DNA from: Octopus bimaculoides
Lineage: Eukaryota
Length of the DNA: 39,212 bases
NCBI RefSeq assembly: GCF_001194135.2
Contig: NC_068985.1
Location: 97,807,907 to 97,847,118, forward strand
Direction: 5' to 3'
How positions within the stretch are numbered: the stretch's first letter is position 1; the number at the start of each line of letters is the position of its first letter. The notes below the pieces were generated by a model. The model saw nothing but the letters and a program-made list of their open reading frames with translations. It made no database searches and had not been told where the DNA came from. Position numbers and translations under genes: made by a program. Shown here piece after piece: positions 35,133 to 39,212 of this stretch.

Positions 35133-36954
35133 TCAAAGTGCTTCGTAAAAATTCGCTTAGACGGAATTTTGGAACGTGTGGATGTCTGCCGCAATATCTA
35201 GGTTAGGCAAAAAAAAAAAAAGAAAAGATGTGTGTGTTTTAGACATTTTAGTTTTTCCTAAAAAATAAAGTTTCTTATGTTTACAGTTGATTATGGTTTA
35301 TTTTTTCAATATGGGGAGGACGGGAGGGGATCTAACCACAAAGGAAGTAGCAATGGATGTTAATCTGCTAATAAAAAAAAGTGGGTAGGTGAAACGATAA
35401 TTTCCGAATACTAGAAAATTAAATTTTCGAATAGGTAAACAGATTTTTTAAAAGTGATAAACAAGAAAGAAAAATGACGATGAAACTAACGGATACACAT
35501 TCACAAACACAGCAACAGCAACAAGAACGCAAACTTCAACAGTCCGTATTGACTTGTTGGATTACATCTAACTGAATGTACATGGTCAGTACGCAATTGA
35601 AGGCTGAGAGTAGTATAGAGTATTTGCCGGAACAATACTGATTTCATGCTATCTCACATTTCGTTTACGAGTCTGTTCTTTAATTGAGTCCTAAAGCAAA
35701 ACAATTAATTTACAACGATATGTTTTTTTTTCTTTGCTTATTACTGGAAAATGGTTTCACGCGAAGAAAAGGAAATGTCTAACGTTTCGAACCGAGCTCA
35801 TCGTCAGGAAATGATAAATAAAATATTTTCAAACAAAAGTTTCTATTTCTAAAACTCCCTCACTAAAGATATATAAATAACAATATTCTAATTTTAAATT
35901 GCTCATACTCGCTATTTCTCTGGCTTTCTTGGCTCTCTCTGTTTACTTTAAACAAAGAGAGACTGAGTAAGAGGAGAAACCTTGTAAATGAGTTAGACAG
36001 TTTGTCCTTGAGATGTCCTTTATGATTTGCGTGGTAGTAAATATATAGACAAATGTGTCGGTAACATGTTTGCATAAGTCCTATATGCAGTACTCTTCTA
36101 TTTTGGCTTTGTAAATGATTCTAAGATTTTAAGTGTGGAGTAATTTATTTGTAATGCAGTCTCGAGTCTCTCTGTCAAGTAATGTCTAGCCTCTGTGAGT
36201 TGGTGTCAGAGGTTGTGAAGCTTAGCGTTTTTGTATAAGGAAAGGTAAACGTATAGAAGCATTAGGGAAAAAGAGAATGATAGTTCAGGAAGAGAATACA
36301 ATACTTGCGACGGCAGAGAATTAGCATAAAGAATTAACATAATACAATAGAAAATGGTTGGGTTAATATTTTGTTTATGCTGCAGACATGAAAAATATAG
36401 AAGAAAACTTTGAATTTTTTCTAACCTGTGTTTACTCTATGTTTGCTGAATGCCAACCAGGTACAGCAGATTATATCAATCTATTGATGCAGGTTGGTAT
36501 TACAAGCCACCACCTTCCCCGTCTAATAAGGTGCTATTGTTATGAAACTATTGTTACATTTGCATAACAAAGCAGTTTTGTTTTCTTGCAGACATGGGAA
36601 ACACACTAACAGAACTTTAATATATAAACTTTGAAGTTTGATCTTATCGCCTTTTGGACTTCAAATATTATTTGGGTTCTGAATAATAAAATAATATTTT
36701 GGGTTCAAGACTAAACAGGATTTTGTATGTTTATTTGCGTTTTTTGGTGGTGGTGTTGTATATAAGATTTTCGTGTGAACAATACATCAGACTTACCCAG
36801 AAACAGCAAGTTTCATTCATAAATAACCAATGTATTATCATAGATATAAGCTTGCATTTGGGACATTTATCGCTTTGTCATTTAAAAAAAGTGTTACTGC
36901 TGTATCATTTCTCAGTTTTATCAAACATTTCAGAACAATTTATTTATTCTCTTG

Positions 36955-37347
36955 CGTGTTTCAGTCACTGAACTGCGACCATGCTACGGCATTTTCTTGA
37001 AGGGTGTAGACGACCACATTCAATCCAACACTGTTTTTATAGATTCTCTTTCTTTTGCTGAACCGCTATGTGACAAAAATGTAAACAAACCAACTCCGGT
37101 TGTCAATCGATGTGTGTAGATGGGACAAACACAGACACGTGCACACGTACACATACACTCATGCAAATATATGTGTCTGTGTGTATGCATGTTTATGGCG
37201 GATATCCATACAGTTTCCGCCGTCTAAATTCACTCACACGACACAGGTCAATCATAGGCTACCGTAGAGCTCACTTGCCCAAAGGTGCTACACAATGGCA
37301 CTGAATTCAAAACCAAGCGGTTACCACACAGCTCTGCTTGCGCCTAT
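36955..37347 (-). mobile_element. Degraded full-length SINE family B
   Basis: TTCAGTCACTGAACTGCGACCATGCT...TTTTGCTGAACCGCT...CCGGTTGTCAA, internal CA/TG block, then CACTTGCCCAAAGGTGC...TTACCACACAGC; colinear with 3243-3545. Confidence 0.8.
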
Positions 37348-37769
37348 TTCAAAATTAAAAAAAAATTTTTTTTTTTATCTCAACATTTCAAAATGTAAAT
37401 TAAGTTAATTCTGTAATCGATCAGGAATCTGCGTGAAAAGGCTTGTTGAATCATGAACAACGATAGCGGTCTTTGAACCATTTTAGCTTTAAGAAGGCAC
37501 TCACTTTTAAACATGATGACCTTAACTTGTTACCAAATCTGATGATCAGTTGTGGATATCAATGACTAAATCTGACTAAATCTGCCGAAATTACTGGTGC
37601 TAGTTTGAAAAACTGGAAATGCTTCAGCTCTGAACAGTTGCTGATATTATATAACGCAAATATATCCTTCACTAGAGTGCCAGTGTACTTTACTGTATCT
37701 TTGTTCTACTGACATAAAGAAAATAAAAGTTATTCACCGCGACTGACAATGTACTTTCGTTATCTCTCA

Positions 37770-38030
37770 CATTCCAGTGATTTTCTCTATGCCGAACAAA
37801 GTCATCACTTTTCTTATTTTCACTGCTACTATTACGGTCTCTAATTCTTTGAAGTTGATTTACTATACACCCACCCTCACCATTCTATCTATTACCTTGA
37901 TATTGGACATCATTCTAAAGTCCCACAACTTCACACCTTTCTCCTGAGAAAGCGCATCTCAATGCAGTTTTGGAACAACCCGTGTTATATTTCTTTTTCT
38001 ATAAAAACCACTAAACTATAAGAATTCAAT
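37770..38030 (+). mobile_element. Possible 3' ORF2 fragment of the same LINE group
   Basis: Weak translation similarity: FHCYYYG (FYRYYHG-like) and a terminal FWNNP (LWNSLP-like). Confidence 0.35.
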
Positions 38031-38315
38031 ACTTTGGATCAGCACCATATGTTGTTTTGTTCCGACTGGTCTGAAATAGCTGTTTCTTTAGTCGTTGTGG
38101 ATTAGATTCAAGTCAGGCCTGGCCATGCACACTTTTGATCAAATACCTCCAGCTATTCTAACCATTCCAACGTTTTCTAGACAGATTGTTCAACCATTGC
38201 CCAAAGCATCCGTCGTTTCTAATGCGTATTTGGCTACTATTTCTAGAAGGCTAACGTTCGCATACAAGAATGCTTATAGCCATTGTTACGTCTCTTTAAA
38301 AAGTATGCATAGTGT

Positions 38316-38665
38316 ACACGTGGCTCTGAGGTCAAAAAGTTTTCTTTTCAGCCAGGAGGTTTCAGGTTCAGTCCCACTACACGATACCTTGAGTGTTTTC
38401 TATTATTGTCCCGGGTCGATCAGTGCCTTGTAAATGAATTTGGTTGACGGAAAACTTTAGAAGTCCGTTGTGTGGGTCTATTATATGTATAGTGTGTGTG
38501 TGTGTCCGCTTGTCAATTGTTTTTTGGGTTTGCTTACGATTCCATAACTTAACAATTTGGCAAAAGACTATAAAATACCAGACGTGAAAGCAATAAGCTG
38601 TGGGTCGATTCTTCAACTAAAACTCTTCGAGGTTGTGCACCAAACATGGCAAAGACTGAAGCATG
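38316..38665 (+). mobile_element. Degraded full-length SINE family B
   Basis: GGTTCAGTCCCACTACACGATACCTTGAG...GAATTTGGTTGACGGAAA...GAAGTCCGTTG, TG block, then GGGTCGATT...CAAACATGGC. Confidence 0.75.
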
Positions 38666-38864
38666 CGAAATGTATCGGCTCCAGTTTGACAATCAATGAT
38701 GATGATGTTACCCATTGCACGACTATTTTCATTTCAATCTCATCTGTCAAACGGAAATATGACAGTATCATTGAATTAGTTCAACACGACCTAACCTACC
38801 GAAACATTCCATTTTGAAAGACATGGTGCGTCCATTCCGTGTCTGAATTAATGGCAAAGCTTCA

Positions 38865-39110
38865 TCTCTCTCTATCTCTTCCTCTCTCTTTCTTCTTATC
38901 GCTCCCTTTCTGCCTTTTCCCCCTTCTCTCTCTTTCTTCCTCTCTTCCTCCCTCTGCCTTCTTATCTCCCATCTTCACTCTCTTTATTTTCCTTTACGCC
39001 TCTCTCCTTTTCTGTCCCCACTCTCTCTCTCTCTCTATTCCTCTCACTCTTTATTCATATCTCTTTTTCTTCTCTCTTTTCGAATTTCTCTTCTTCTCTC
39101 TCTATATATT
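38865..39110. repeat. CT-rich low-complexity polypyrimidine tract
   Basis: Direct reading; explains the S/L/F-rich ORF 38839-39138. Confidence 0.9.
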
Positions 39111-39173
39111 TATTATTCTTAAACAAGGATGCTGCTGATAGTGACCTTGTAGTTTCGGCTAGTTAAGTCTTCG

Positions 39174-39212
<39 letters not shown>

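Noticed and set aside
36575-36620. Strong acceptor-like TTTTGTTTTCTTGCAG
   Set aside because: In the phase required by the 8521 donor it gives DMGNTLTEL then a stop, unlike tolloid exon 2.

Overview
Eukaryotic genomic DNA from a gapped draft scaffold (11 N-runs). The extreme microsatellite density and the tRNA-headed SINE families resemble a coleoid cephalopod (Octopus-like) genome; this is an inference. One real protein-coding exon is supported: 7918-8521 (+), the first coding exon of a BMP1/tolloid-like astacin metalloprotease. It shows a hydrophobic signal segment, two N-glycosylation sequons, the prodomain motif LYIDPCKA, and a phase-1 GTGAGT donor at the position expected for this family. 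Unusually, about 120 aa of Asn-rich sequence lie in frame ahead of the signal segment. Everything downstream (over 30 kb) appears to be intron 1; I found no exon 2. The rest of the window is microsatellites, at least five SINE-like families, decayed CR1/Jockey-group LINE fragments, a hAT (Charlie/MER1-like) MITE with an 8-bp TSD, a Tc1/mariner MITE with a TA TSD, a 34-bp minisatellite and a perfect 48-bp palindrome at a gap edge. Almost all other ORFs in the track are artefacts of simple repeats or N-runs. Family labels A-E are my own working names. I see no evidence for a new multi-gene system; the tolloid N-terminus and the inverted-repeat architecture of its intron are the best leads.
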